Source: Candidatus Latescibacterota bacterium (lineage in GTDB: Bacteria > Krumholzibacteriota > Krumholzibacteriia > WVZY01 > JAKEHA01). From it: a DNA stretch of 32,997 bases. The translations under genes and the position numbers were made by a program. The stretch's first letter is position 1. Every line of letters starts with the position of its first letter. The notes beneath the pieces were generated by a model. The model had not been told where the DNA came from. It ran no database searches and saw nothing but the letters and a program-made list of their open reading frames with translations. Positions 1-9,987 of this stretch are shown here, in pieces. The stretch covers positions 1-32,997 of the forward strand of contig JAKEHA010000328.1 of the NCBI GenBank assembly GCA_022615275.1, written 5' to 3'.

Positions 1-320
1 CGGCGTTCAAACTGCGCGAGGGTATGCCCATCGGCTGCAAGGTGACGCTGCGCGGCGAGCGCATGTACGAATTCTACGATCGCTTGGTCAACCTGTCGCT
101 CCCCCGCATCCGCGATTTTCGCGGCGTGCCCACCAAGGGTTTCGACGGGCGCGGCAACTACACACTGGGTGTGAAGGAACACATCATCTTTCCGGAGATC
201 GACTACGACAAGATCGCCCAGGTCTTCGGGATGGATATCACGATCGTGACGTCGGCGCGGACCGACGAGCAGGCGCTGGCGCTCTTGACGCACATGAAGA
301 TGCCGTTCCGCAAGAACTAA
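1..320 (+). CDS. rplE: 50S ribosomal protein L5, C-terminal part (5' end upstream of window)
   Basis: Frame is open from base 3. Translation [42 protein letters not shown]...FPEIDYDKI is the conserved L5 C-terminal region. It is followed by rpsN-rpsH-rplF as in spc operons. Confidence 0.95.
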   Translation, partial: AFKLREGMPIGCKVTLRGERMYEFYDRLVNLSLPRIRDFRGVPTKGFDGRGNYTLGVKEHIIFPEIDYDKIAQVFGMDITIVTSARTDEQALALLTHMKMPFRKN

Positions 321-350
321 GCGGTCAACGAGTCGTTTAGAAAGGCAACT

Positions 351-536
351 GTGGCAAAGAAATCCTGGATCGCGCAGACCAAACGGCGCCCGAAATTCAA
401 GGTGCGCGCGTACCACCGCTGCAATCGCTGCGGTCGCTCGCGTGCGTATCTGCGCCGCTTCGGCATCTGCCGAATCTGCTTCCGCGACCTCGCCCTGCAG
501 GGCGAAGTCCCGGGAGTCGTCAAGGCTAGCTGGTAG
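351..536 (+). CDS. rpsN: 30S ribosomal protein S14, short zinc-binding type Z (61 aa)
   Basis: GTG start. [61 protein letters not shown] has CxxC...CxxC. Its position between L5 and S8 is canonical. Confidence 0.95.
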   Translation: MAKKSWIAQTKRRPKFKVRAYHRCNRCGRSRAYLRRFGICRICFRDLALQGEVPGVVKASW

Positions 537-544
537 AGTTTACG

Positions 545-648
545 GGCGGAGTACGTCGAGCGTTCTCCGCTCAGGTCCTCGCGCGAGACACAATATGGTG
601 TCGTATCGCGCTGCGGAAATCGCGTCGAACGTCTCGACGCACTCCGCC
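545..648 (+). repeat. Structured intergenic repeat, copy 1 of 2 (long imperfect hairpin filling the rpsN-rpsH spacer); candidate cis-acting RNA element
   Basis: The 70-nt core 561-630 matches 9235-9304 at 65/70 positions. The outer arms 545-560 and 633-648 are complementary at 15 of 16 positions. The element is transcribed with the operon on the + strand. Confidence 0.85.
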
Positions 649-668
649 TACGGTAGGAGATAAAGACA

Positions 669-1067
669 ATGGCGATGACAGATCCGATTGCTGATTACCT
701 CGCGCGGCTGCGTAACGCGGCGGACGCCAGGCACAAGTACGTCGACGTGCCCGCGTCGCGCGTGAAGGCGCAGATGAGCAAGCTATTGCTCGACGCCGGG
801 TACGTGAGCGGCGTCAAGTACATCGAGGACAACCGGCAGGGCATGCTCCGCATCTACCTCAAGTACACGAGGAACAAGGAGAGCGTGCTGCAGGGCTCGC
901 GCCGCGTGAGCCGCGCCAGCCGCCGTGTGTACTCGCCCAAGAAGGGCTTGCCGCGCGTGCTGGGCGGATACGGCATCGCCATCGTATCCACGTCGCAGGG
1001 CATCCTGACCGACGTCGAGTGCCGCAAGCGCGGCATCGGCGGCGAAGTCATGTGCGAGATCTGGTAA
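669..1067 (+). CDS. rpsH: 30S ribosomal protein S8
   Basis: MAMTDPIADYLARLRNA...GGEVMCEIW is a typical S8 sequence. AGGAG lies upstream of the ATG. Confidence 0.97.
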   Translation: MAMTDPIADYLARLRNAADARHKYVDVPASRVKAQMSKLLLDAGYVSGVKYIEDNRQGMLRIYLKYTRNKESVLQGSRRVSRASRRVYSPKKGLPRVLGGYGIAIVSTSQGILTDVECRKRGIGGEVMCEIW

Positions 1068-1075
1068 GGAGAGCC

Positions 1076-1621
1076 ATGTCGCGAATCGGAAAACAGCCCG
1101 TGAAGATCCCGGCCGGCGTCACGGTCGCCATCGAAAAGACCAAGCTGACGGTGAAGGGTCCCAAGGGTACGCTTTCGCTGCCGGTGCCGGCGGGTTGCTT
1201 GGTGGCGCAAGAGGGCGCCGAAGTGGTCGTCAAGCGCGCGAGCGAAGAGAAGCAGGTGCGCGCGTCGCACGGCTCCACGCGAGCGCACATCGCCAACATG
1301 GTGCGCGGCGTCACCGAGGGTTTCTCGAAGGATCTCGAGATCGTCGGCGTCGGCTACAAGGCCGAGGCGAAGGGGAAGTCGCTGGTGCTGACGATCGGTT
1401 ATTCGCACCTGGTCGACTTCAAGATTCCCGAGGGGATCACCGTCGAGACGCCGGAGCCGACCAAGATCAAGGTGAGCGGCGTCGATCGCCAGCGCGTGGG
1501 CCAGGTCGCGGCCGAGATTCGCGCGGTGCGCGGACCGGAACCCTACAAGGGCAAGGGAATCAAGTACGTCGACGAGCACATCGAGCGCAAGGCCGGCAAG
1601 TCGGCGGCGAGCGGCGGCTAG
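1076..1621 (+). CDS. rplF: 50S ribosomal protein L6
   Basis: The ATG at 1076 (MSRIGKQPVKIPAGV...) is preceded by AAGGAG. The longer track ORF from 1019 overlaps rpsH and is unlikely. PEPYKGKGIKY motif present. Confidence 0.95.
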   Translation: MSRIGKQPVKIPAGVTVAIEKTKLTVKGPKGTLSLPVPAGCLVAQEGAEVVVKRASEEKQVRASHGSTRAHIANMVRGVTEGFSKDLEIVGVGYKAEAKGKSLVLTIGYSHLVDFKIPEGITVETPEPTKIKVSGVDRQRVGQVAAEIRAVRGPEPYKGKGIKYVDEHIERKAGKSAASGG

Positions 1622-1639
1622 TCGACGGGAGGCGTCATC

Positions 1640-2122
1640 ATGGAGAAAAAATTCAAGAAGGTCGAAGACTACAAGCGCTGGCGTCGCCACAAGCGCGTGC
1701 GCAACCGCGTCGTGGGCACGCAGGAGCGCCCGCGCGTGTGCGTGTTTCGCAGCAACCAGCACATCTACGCCCAGTTGATCGACGACGAGACCGGTCGCAC
1801 GCTCCTGTCGGTGTCGAGCCTCAAGATGGAGGCGCCGGCGGCGAAGAAAGCGGAGGCCAAGGCCGAGAAGGCGGAAGCCAAGGCCGAAGGGAAGAAGGGC
1901 GGCAAGGCGGCCAAGGCCGACAAACCGGCCAAGGCCGAGAAGGGCGCGGCGTCGGTGGGCGGTAAGAAGACCGCTCTCGCGCGCGAAGTCGGTCGCTTGC
2001 TGGCCGAGGCGGCGCAGGCCAAGGGGTTCAAGAAGGTTGCGTTCGATCGCGGCGGGTACTTGTACCACGGCCGCGTGGCGGCGCTGGCGACATCGGCGCG
2101 CGAGCATGGGCTCGATTTCTAA
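1640..2122 (+). CDS. rplR: 50S ribosomal protein L18 with internal Lys/Ala/Glu-rich insertion
   Basis: [17 protein letters not shown]... and ...[26 protein letters not shown] are conserved L18 blocks. About 45 low-complexity residues lie between them. Confidence 0.95.
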   Translation: MEKKFKKVEDYKRWRRHKRVRNRVVGTQERPRVCVFRSNQHIYAQLIDDETGRTLLSVSSLKMEAPAAKKAEAKAEKAEAKAEGKKGGKAAKADKPAKAEKGAASVGGKKTALAREVGRLLAEAAQAKGFKKVAFDRGGYLYHGRVAALATSAREHGLDF

Positions 2123-2158
2123 TCGACGCGCAAGCGGAATGATTCGGAGGACGAACTA

Positions 2159-2854
2159 GTGGAAACCGGAAGCAACGAACGCACACCGACCGCACCGACG
2201 ACGCCGGCCGTGCCGAGCGATCGCCCCGCACGCCCCGGCCGCGGAGGCGGAGATCGCGGAAGAGGTCCACGCGGCGGCCAGGGCGGCGGACAGGGACGCG
2301 GAAAGGACGACCGCGGACGGCGCGGCGGCCCGCGCGATCGCGATCGCGAGCGCGGCGGCCCCGAATACATCGAGACCACCGTCTACGTCAATCGCGTGGC
2401 CAAGGTGGTCAAGGGCGGACGCCGTTTCAGCTTCAACGCGCTCGTATGCGTGGGTGACGGCATGGGACGGGTCGGGATCGGGCTCGGCAAGTCGAACGAA
2501 ATCAGCGACGCCATTCGCAAGGCGGGCGAGAACGCGAAGCGCTCGATGGTTCGCATTCCCCTCCAGGGCGGCACCATTCCCTACCAGGTGTACGGGAAGT
2601 TCGGGGCCGGCAAGGTGATCCTGAAGCCCGCGACACCGGGTACCGGTGTGATCGCCGGTGGCGCCGTGCGCGCCATCATGGAGTCCGCGGGTGTCCGCGA
2701 CGTTCTCGCGAAATCGCTCGGCTCGACCAACCCGCACAATCTGATCAAGGCCACCATGACCGCCTTGCAGCAGCTCGAGAGCGCCAAGGACGTCGCCAGG
2801 CGGCGTGGCATCTCCATCAATCAGTTGTTCGGAATCGAGGCGAAGAATGGCTAA
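2159..2854 (+). CDS. rpsE: 30S ribosomal protein S5 with Arg/Gly-rich N-terminal extension
   Basis: GTG start. The conserved core [25 protein letters not shown]...[19 protein letters not shown] is preceded by about 58 extra R/G/D/P-rich residues. Confidence 0.93.
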   Translation: METGSNERTPTAPTTPAVPSDRPARPGRGGGDRGRGPRGGQGGGQGRGKDDRGRRGGPRDRDRERGGPEYIETTVYVNRVAKVVKGGRRFSFNALVCVGDGMGRVGIGLGKSNEISDAIRKAGENAKRSMVRIPLQGGTIPYQVYGKFGAGKVILKPATPGTGVIAGGAVRAIMESAGVRDVLAKSLGSTNPHNLIKATMTALQQLESAKDVARRRGISINQLFGIEAKNG

Positions 2855-3032
2855 GACGATTCGCATCACGCAGATCAAGAGCGTCATCGGCGTGCCGCCG
2901 TTGCACAAGAAGACCATGACGGCGCTCGGGTTCCGGCGCACGTACCAGACCGTGGAGAAGGCCGACACCCCGCAGGTGCGCGGCATGATCCATCAGGTGC
3001 GCTACCTCGTTAGAGTCGAGGAGGGCAAGTAA
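2847..3032 (+). CDS. rpmD: 50S ribosomal protein L30
   Basis: The ATG at 2847 gives [31 protein letters not shown]... (61 aa). It overlaps the rpsE end by 8 nt. Confidence 0.9.
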   Translation: MAKTIRITQIKSVIGVPPLHKKTMTALGFRRTYQTVEKADTPQVRGMIHQVRYLVRVEEGK

Positions 3033-3034
3033 CC

Positions 3035-3478
3035 ATGCGACTCGGAGAACTCAAGCCCGCCGCGGGCTCCAAGAAGAAGCGCAAGCGCATCGGGTGCGGT
3101 CCGGGCTCCGGCCACGGCAAGACGTCGACGCGCGGTCACAAGGGGACCCAGTCGCGCACCGGCAACACCAAGAACGCCTGGTACGAAGGCGGCCAGATGC
3201 CGCTCCAGCGCCGCTTGCCCAAGCGCGGGTTTACCAACATCTTTCGGATCGGCTACCAGGTGATCAATCTCGGCGACCTCGATCGCTTCGACGCCAACGC
3301 GACCGTCGACATCGACGCGCTGCTCGAGAAGGGTCTTATCCGGCACCTGAACAATCCGGTCAAGCTTTTGGCGGACGGCGAGCTCAAGAAGCCGCTCACC
3401 ATCAAGGTGCACGCCGCCAGCAAGAAGGCCAAGGAAGCGGTGGAGAAGGCGGGCGGACAGGTGAACCTCGTCGGCTAG
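3035..3478 (+). CDS. rplO: 50S ribosomal protein L15
   Basis: MRLGELKPAAGSKKKRKRIGCGPGSGHGKTSTRGHKG... is a typical L15 N-terminus. Confidence 0.95.
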   Translation: MRLGELKPAAGSKKKRKRIGCGPGSGHGKTSTRGHKGTQSRTGNTKNAWYEGGQMPLQRRLPKRGFTNIFRIGYQVINLGDLDRFDANATVDIDALLEKGLIRHLNNPVKLLADGELKKPLTIKVHAASKKAKEAVEKAGGQVNLVG

Positions 3479-3508
3479 ACGGGTTCTCTCTGATCGTTCT
3501 TTGACAAT

Positions 3509-4822
<1,314 letters not shown>

Positions 4823-5497
4823 ATGAACCTGGTGCTGTTCGGGCCCCCGGGATCCGGGAAGGGCACGCAGGCGGAGCGCCTGCGGAACAAATGGAAGCTC
4901 CGGCACATTTCGACCGGAGACCTCTTGCGCGAAGCCGTCGCCGCGAAGAGCGAACTCGGCCAGAGAGTAGAAAGCGTGCTGGCGTCGGGGCAGTTGGTGT
5001 CGGACGACATCATCTTGGGATTGATGCGCGACGCGATCCTGGCGGTGAAAAAGGACGCGACGCTGTCCGGCTGGTTGCTGGACGGATTCCCGCGCACGGT
5101 CGGGCAGGCGAAGGGGCTGGATGCGCTCCTGGCCGAGACGGGATCGCGCATCGACGCGATCGTCGTCCTGGACGCGACGCGCGACGCGGTGATCGAGAGG
5201 CTCTCGGGTCGGCGGACCTGCACGCAGTGCAAGACCGTCTACCACGTGAAGTACAACCCGACGCGCGTCGACGGAGTGTGCGACAAGTGCGGCGGGAAGG
5301 TGGTCCAGCGCGAAGACGATCGTCCCGAGACGATCGCGAGGCGGCTGGACGTGTACGAAGCGCAGACGCGTCCCATTCTCGCGCACTATGAAGGACGCGT
5401 CGCGACGAACGTGATCGACGGCGATTTGCCGGTCGACGACGTGACGGCGAAGATCGAGCGCGTCTTGCATAGCCCCGGGGGACGGACAGCGGCATGA
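4823..5497 (+). CDS. adk: Adenylate kinase (zinc-lid type)
   Basis: P-loop GPPGSGKGTQ; LID with CTQC...CDKCGG. The start abuts the secY stop. Confidence 0.95.
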   Translation: MNLVLFGPPGSGKGTQAERLRNKWKLRHISTGDLLREAVAAKSELGQRVESVLASGQLVSDDIILGLMRDAILAVKKDATLSGWLLDGFPRTVGQAKGLDALLAETGSRIDAIVVLDATRDAVIERLSGRRTCTQCKTVYHVKYNPTRVDGVCDKCGGKVVQREDDRPETIARRLDVYEAQTRPILAHYEGRVATNVIDGDLPVDDVTAKIERVLHSPGGRTAA

Positions 5498-6237
5498 TCA
5501 TGCTGAAGACGCTCGACGAAATCGACATCATGGAGGCCAACGGCGCCATCGTGGTCGAGTGCTTCGCCCTGGCGCGGGAGTTCATCAAGCCCGGGCGCAC
5601 GCGCAAGGAGTTGGACGCCGCGATCGAGAAGCTGATCGTCGCGCGGGGCGGGAAGCCGGCCTTCAAGGGCTTCCACGGCTACCCCGCGTCGACCTGCATC
5701 TCGGTCAACGACGAGGTCGTGCACGGGATCCCGGACGAGCGCGCGTTCCAGGAAGGCGACTTGGTCGGTCTCGACATCGGCGTCTTCAAGGACGGGTACT
5801 ACGTCGATTCGGCGCGCACGATCCCGGTCGGGCGTGTCAGCAAGGACGCGGAGAAGCTGCTCGAGACGACGTGGGACGCGCTCGAGAAAGGGATCGAGCA
5901 GGCGCGACCGGGCAACCGGCTGACCGACATCTCGCACGCGGTGGAAGTGCGCGCGCGCAAGAGCGGTTTCGCGGTGGTGAGATCGCTGGTGGGTCACGGC
6001 ATCGGCAAGCGCATGCACGAAGACCCGCAGGTGCCCAACTTCGGACCGCCCCACCAGGGGCCCGTGCTGGAGGAAGGCATGGTGCTCGCGATCGAGCCGA
6101 TGGTGAACGTGGGAACCGCCGACGTGTTCACGCTCGAAGACGGCTGGACCATCGTCACGGCGGATCGCAAGTTGTCGGCCCACTTCGAAGACACGGTGGC
6201 CGTGACGAAGGACGGCCCGCGGATCTTGACGCGCTAG
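5494..6237 (+). CDS. map: Type I methionine aminopeptidase
   Basis: ATGA overlap with adk. Metal-ligand blocks DIGV..DGYYVD, VGHGIG and LAIEPM are present. Confidence 0.95.
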   Translation: MIMLKTLDEIDIMEANGAIVVECFALAREFIKPGRTRKELDAAIEKLIVARGGKPAFKGFHGYPASTCISVNDEVVHGIPDERAFQEGDLVGLDIGVFKDGYYVDSARTIPVGRVSKDAEKLLETTWDALEKGIEQARPGNRLTDISHAVEVRARKSGFAVVRSLVGHGIGKRMHEDPQVPNFGPPHQGPVLEEGMVLAIEPMVNVGTADVFTLEDGWTIVTADRKLSAHFEDTVAVTKDGPRILTR

Positions 6238-6252
6238 GGGACGAAAGGAAGC

Positions 6253-6471
6253 ATGCCCAAAGACGACAGTATCACCGTAGAAGGGACCGTCGTCGAGGCG
6301 TTGCCGAACACGATGTTCCGGGTGGAATTGGCGAACAAGCACATCGTGCTCGCCCACGTGTCCGGCAAGATGCGTATGCACTTCATCAAGATCCTGCCCG
6401 GGGATCGAGTGACCTTGGAGATTTCCGCATACGATCCGACCAAGGGTCGCATCGTGTATCGATACAAGTAG
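6253..6471 (+). CDS. infA: Translation initiation factor IF-1
   Basis: [41 protein letters not shown]... (72 aa) is near-universal IF-1 sequence. Confidence 0.97.
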   Translation: MPKDDSITVEGTVVEALPNTMFRVELANKHIVLAHVSGKMRMHFIKILPGDRVTLEISAYDPTKGRIVYRYK

Positions 6472-6480
6472 AGGAACGTC

Positions 6481-6594
6481 ATGAAAGTCAGAACGTCGAT
6501 CAAGAAGATTTGCCCGGACTGCAAGCTCATCCGGCGCAAGGGCGTGTTGCGCGTGATCTGCAAGCACAAGCGCCACAAGCAGCGTCAGGGCTAG
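6481..6594 (+). CDS. rpmJ: 50S ribosomal protein L36 (37 aa; below the ORF-track cutoff)
   Basis: Hand translation gives [37 protein letters not shown], followed by TAG. It sits between infA and rpsM as expected. Confidence 0.92.
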   Translation: MKVRTSIKKICPDCKLIRRKGVLRVICKHKRHKQRQG

Positions 6595-6622
6595 GCCCGG
6601 CGCTAGGAGCCAGAGGAGAACA

Positions 6623-7003
6623 ATGCGAATCGCAGGCGTGGACATTCCGAACGAGAAGCGCATCGTCATCGCGCTCACGTACATCTACGGCATCGGCCCG
6701 AAGTCGGCGGAGACGATTTGCAAGAAGGCCGGCATCAGCCCCGAGACGCGTGTCAAGGCCATCGGTGAGGACCAGGGCATCAAGCTGCGCGGCATCATCG
6801 AGAACGATTTCAAGGTCGAGGGCGAGTTGCGCACGGAGTTGAGCTTCAACATCAAGCGCCTGATCGACATCAATTGTTATCGCGGACGGCGCCATAGATT
6901 GAATCTGCCGGTCCGCGGGCAGCGCACTCGCACCAACGCGCGCACGCGCAAGGGCCCCAAGGTGCGTCCGGGCGTGGGCAAGAAGAAGACCCCGTCCAAG
7001 TAA
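6623..7003 (+). CDS. rpsM: 30S ribosomal protein S13
   Basis: [25 protein letters not shown]... is typical S13. Confidence 0.97.
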   Translation: MRIAGVDIPNEKRIVIALTYIYGIGPKSAETICKKAGISPETRVKAIGEDQGIKLRGIIENDFKVEGELRTELSFNIKRLIDINCYRGRRHRLNLPVRGQRTRTNARTRKGPKVRPGVGKKKTPSK

Positions 7004-7046
7004 GAGGACTCGCGACGCGTAACGCGTTCGCCAAGGAGGAATTCGT

Positions 7047-7457
7047 TTGACGACCAACAAACCGGCCACGGGCGGCAAGCGCCCGGCCAGCAAGAAGAAG
7101 CTCCGCAAGGTGGACGCGTACGGTGTCGCGCACATCAAGTCGACCTTCAACAACACCATCGTGACCATCACCGATTCGACGGGGGCCGTGGTGTCGTGGG
7201 CGAGCCCGGGCATGGTGGGTTTCAAGGGATCGCGCAAGAGCACGCCGTTCGCCGCCCAGCTGGCGGCCGAGCGCTGCGCGCGCGAGGCGCTGGAGTTGGG
7301 AATGCGCAAGGTGGAAGCGTGGATCAAGGGACCGGGTGCGGGCCGCGAGGCCGCCATCCGGTCGCTGCGCGCGGCGGGGCTCGAAGTGACCGCGGTCAAG
7401 GACTGCACGCCCCAGCCGCACAACGGATGCCGTCCGAGAAAGAGACGGCGCGTGTAG
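7047..7457 (+). CDS. rpsK: 30S ribosomal protein S11
   Basis: TTG start 7 nt after AAGGAGG. The conserved core is [18 protein letters not shown]...[11 protein letters not shown]. Confidence 0.93.
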   Translation: MTTNKPATGGKRPASKKKLRKVDAYGVAHIKSTFNNTIVTITDSTGAVVSWASPGMVGFKGSRKSTPFAAQLAAERCAREALELGMRKVEAWIKGPGAGREAAIRSLRAAGLEVTAVKDCTPQPHNGCRPRKRRRV

Positions 7458-7485
7458 CCCGAGGGGCTACCCGCTTGGAGGATGA

Positions 7486-8115
7486 ATGGCTAGGTATCGC
7501 GACGCGAAGTGCAAGCTGTGCCGTCGAGAGGGCGAAAAGCTCTTCTTGAAGGGCGACCGTTGTTACTCCAACAAGTGCGCCATCGAGAAGCGCAACTCCC
7601 CGCCGGGCCAGCACGGTAAGGCGCGGGTGAGAAAATCGTCGAAGTACAACGTCCAGCTGCGCGAGAAACAGAAGCTGCGCAAGACCTATGGCTTGCTCGA
7701 ACGGCAGTTCCGCAATTACTTCCATAAGGCGGCTGCCACCAAGGGCATCACGGGTACCACCCTCTTGCAATTGCTCGAGCGGCGTCTGGACAACGTGGTG
7801 TACCGGCTGGGCTTCACGAGTTCGCGGGCCCAGGCGCGCCAGCTCATTCGTCACAACCATTTCGAGGTCAACGGCAAGAAGGTCAACATCCCGAGCTATC
7901 TGGTATCGCCGGGCGACCGCATTGCCCCGCACGGGAAGAGCCGCGACCTGTTCATCATTCGCGAGGCGATCAAGAACGTCGACGCTCGCCAGGCGGTCTC
8001 GTATCTCGACCTCGACACCAACAAGCTCGAGGGAGTCTTCACCGAGATTCCCAGCCGCGACGTGATCCCGGTTCCGGTGGACGAGCAACTGATCGTCGAG
8101 CTCTACTCGAAGTAA
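7486..8115 (+). CDS. rpsD: 30S ribosomal protein S4
   Basis: [31 protein letters not shown]... is followed by an S4 RNA-binding domain. Confidence 0.96.
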   Translation: MARYRDAKCKLCRREGEKLFLKGDRCYSNKCAIEKRNSPPGQHGKARVRKSSKYNVQLREKQKLRKTYGLLERQFRNYFHKAAATKGITGTTLLQLLERRLDNVVYRLGFTSSRAQARQLIRHNHFEVNGKKVNIPSYLVSPGDRIAPHGKSRDLFIIREAIKNVDARQAVSYLDLDTNKLEGVFTEIPSRDVIPVPVDEQLIVELYSK

Positions 8116-8162
8116 TCACCCGCGGACCCCTTGGGGTTATCGCAGGCAGGAGGAACGGAAGC

Positions 8163-9212
8163 ATGAAATGGCGTAACCTATTGATGCCGAAGGAGATCGT
8201 TCGCGACGACGCGACCGCCACCCCGACCAACGCGCGCTTCATCGTGGAGCCGCTGGAGCGGGGCTTCGGTCTGACCCTCGGCAACGCGCTGCGGCGCACA
8301 CTGCTCTCGTCCATTCAGGGCGCGGCGGTGTCGGCGGTCCGCATCAAGGGTGTCTTGCACGAGCTCTCGAACATCCCCGGTGTCGTCGACGACGTCACCG
8401 ACGTGGTGCTGAACCTGAAGCAGCTCGTGGTCGTGATGCACAACGACGAGCCCAAGTTCCTGAAGCTCAAGGTCAGCAAGCAGGGGCCGATCAAGGCCGG
8501 CGACATCACCGAGGATCCGGATATCGAGATCGTCAACAAGGACCTCGTGCTCTGCACGGCGTCCGAGAACGTCGAAGTCGAGATGGACATCCTGGTCGGT
8601 CACGGGCGCGGGTACGTACCCGGCGAGACCCACGACCTCGGCGACTACGACATCGGCCTGATCCCGCTGGACTCGAATTTTTCGCCCATCCGGAAGGTGG
8701 CGTACACGGTCGAGAACACGCGCGTCGGCCAGCGCACCGACTACGATCGCTTGATCTTCGAGATCACGACCAACGGGAGCGTCACTCCCGAGGACGCGCT
8801 CGGCTACGCGGCCAAGATTCTCAAGGATCACATGGTCCTCTTCATCAAGTTCGACGAAGCGCCCATGGAGGCGCAGGAGCCCGTGGTCGACGAAGAGCGC
8901 GACCGCTTGCGCGAATTGCTCGGCCGGAGCGTGGAAGAGTTGGAACTGTCGGTGCGCTCGGGCAACTGCCTGCGCCGTGCCAACATCAAGACCCTCGGCG
9001 ATCTGGTTCGCCGCAGCGAAGCCGAGATGCTCAAGTACCGCAACTTCGGCAAGCAGAGCCTGAAGGAGATCACCGAGATTCTCTCCGGCATGGGCCTGGG
9101 CCTGGGCATGGACATCGACGCGCTCTTGGGCGGTCGCGCGCCCAGGCCCGCCGTTCCCGCGGCCCCCACTGCGGAAGACGAGTCCGAAGTGGTCATGGAA
9201 GAGAACGGGTAG
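8163..9212 (+). CDS. rpoA: DNA-directed RNA polymerase subunit alpha
   Basis: 349 aa. The N-terminal domain contains FIVEPLERGFG.TLGNALRR. The C-terminal domain contains ELELSVRSGNCLRRANIKTLGDL. Confidence 0.97.
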   Translation: MKWRNLLMPKEIVRDDATATPTNARFIVEPLERGFGLTLGNALRRTLLSSIQGAAVSAVRIKGVLHELSNIPGVVDDVTDVVLNLKQLVVVMHNDEPKFLKLKVSKQGPIKAGDITEDPDIEIVNKDLVLCTASENVEVEMDILVGHGRGYVPGETHDLGDYDIGLIPLDSNFSPIRKVAYTVENTRVGQRTDYDRLIFEITTNGSVTPEDALGYAAKILKDHMVLFIKFDEAPMEAQEPVVDEERDRLRELLGRSVEELELSVRSGNCLRRANIKTLGDLVRRSEAEMLKYRNFGKQSLKEITEILSGMGLGLGMDIDALLGGRAPRPAVPAAPTAEDESEVVMEENG

Positions 9213-9215
9213 GGT

Positions 9216-9326
9216 TAATCGGGGTGTCGTGATCCGTTCTCCGCTCAGGTCCTCGAGCGAGACACAATACTGTGTTGTATCGCTCTGCGGAAATCGCGTC
9301 GAACGAATCACGACACCCCTAGATTA
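9216..9326 (+). repeat. Structured intergenic repeat, copy 2 of 2 (fills the rpoA-rplQ spacer); candidate cis-acting RNA element
   Basis: Core 9235-9304 matches 561-630. The outer arms 9221-9233 and 9307-9319 form a perfect 13-bp stem whose sequence differs from the copy 1 arms. TAATC (9216-9220) and GATTA (9322-9326) extend the stem. Confidence 0.85.
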
Positions 9327-9346
9327 GAAGAAAAAGGTAAACGCAC

Positions 9347-9979
9347 ATGAGACACGGCAAAGATCATCGCAAGCTCGGACGCACCGCGTCGCACCGTTAC
9401 GCCATGATGCGCAGCATGGTGACGTCGCTGTTCGCCGCCGAGCGCATCACCACCACCGCGCCCAAGGCCAAGGAAGCCCGGCGCATGGCGGAGCGGCTCA
9501 TCACGCGCGCCAAGAAGGGCCATCGCGCCCACAAGGAAGGTGCGACGGGCGTGGCCCTCGCGCACTGGCGCGAAGCCGGCCGCGTCGTGCGGAGCCCCGA
9601 GGTGCTGCGCAAGCTGTTCGATCAGCTCGCTCCGCTCTACATGGAGCGCAACGGCGGCTACACGCGCATTATTCGGCTCGATCACACGCGTGTGGGTGAC
9701 AACGCGCGCATGGTGATGCTCGAGCTGGTCGACTCCGAAATCAGCAAGAAGCCGTTGATCCGTGGCGAAGCCACGGAAACCCAAGGTGAAGCCGACGCGA
9801 AGTCCGCCAAGGGCTCCCGCGGCAAGAAGAAGGAAGCCGCCGCCGAGACCAAGCCGAAGAAGGAAAAGAAGGCCAAGCCGCCCAAGGTCGCGAAGGAAGC
9901 CAAGCCCGCGAAGACCAAGGCTGACACCAAGAAGAAAGATTCCGGCGCCAAGCGCTCCGCGCCCAAGAAGTCCGGGTAG
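9347..9979 (+). CDS. rplQ: 50S ribosomal protein L17 with long Lys-rich C-terminal tail
   Basis: MRHGKDHRKLGRTASHR...GGYTRIIRL is the L17 core. It is followed by an ~80-aa K/A/E/P-rich tail. Confidence 0.95.
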   Translation: MRHGKDHRKLGRTASHRYAMMRSMVTSLFAAERITTTAPKAKEARRMAERLITRAKKGHRAHKEGATGVALAHWREAGRVVRSPEVLRKLFDQLAPLYMERNGGYTRIIRLDHTRVGDNARMVMLELVDSEISKKPLIRGEATETQGEADAKSAKGSRGKKKEAAAETKPKKEKKAKPPKVAKEAKPAKTKADTKKKDSGAKRSAPKKSG

Positions 9980-9987
9980 CTTACCGA

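Noticed and set aside
545-648. Whether the repeated spacer element is a known small self-cleaving ribozyme (hammerhead, HDV-like, twister) or a Rho-independent terminator.
   Set aside because: No CUGANGA...GAAA hammerhead core on either strand. The resemblance of GGUCCUCGC to HDV-like sequence is superficial and lacks the nested pseudoknot. There is no U-tract after the hairpin, and downstream essential genes must be transcribed.
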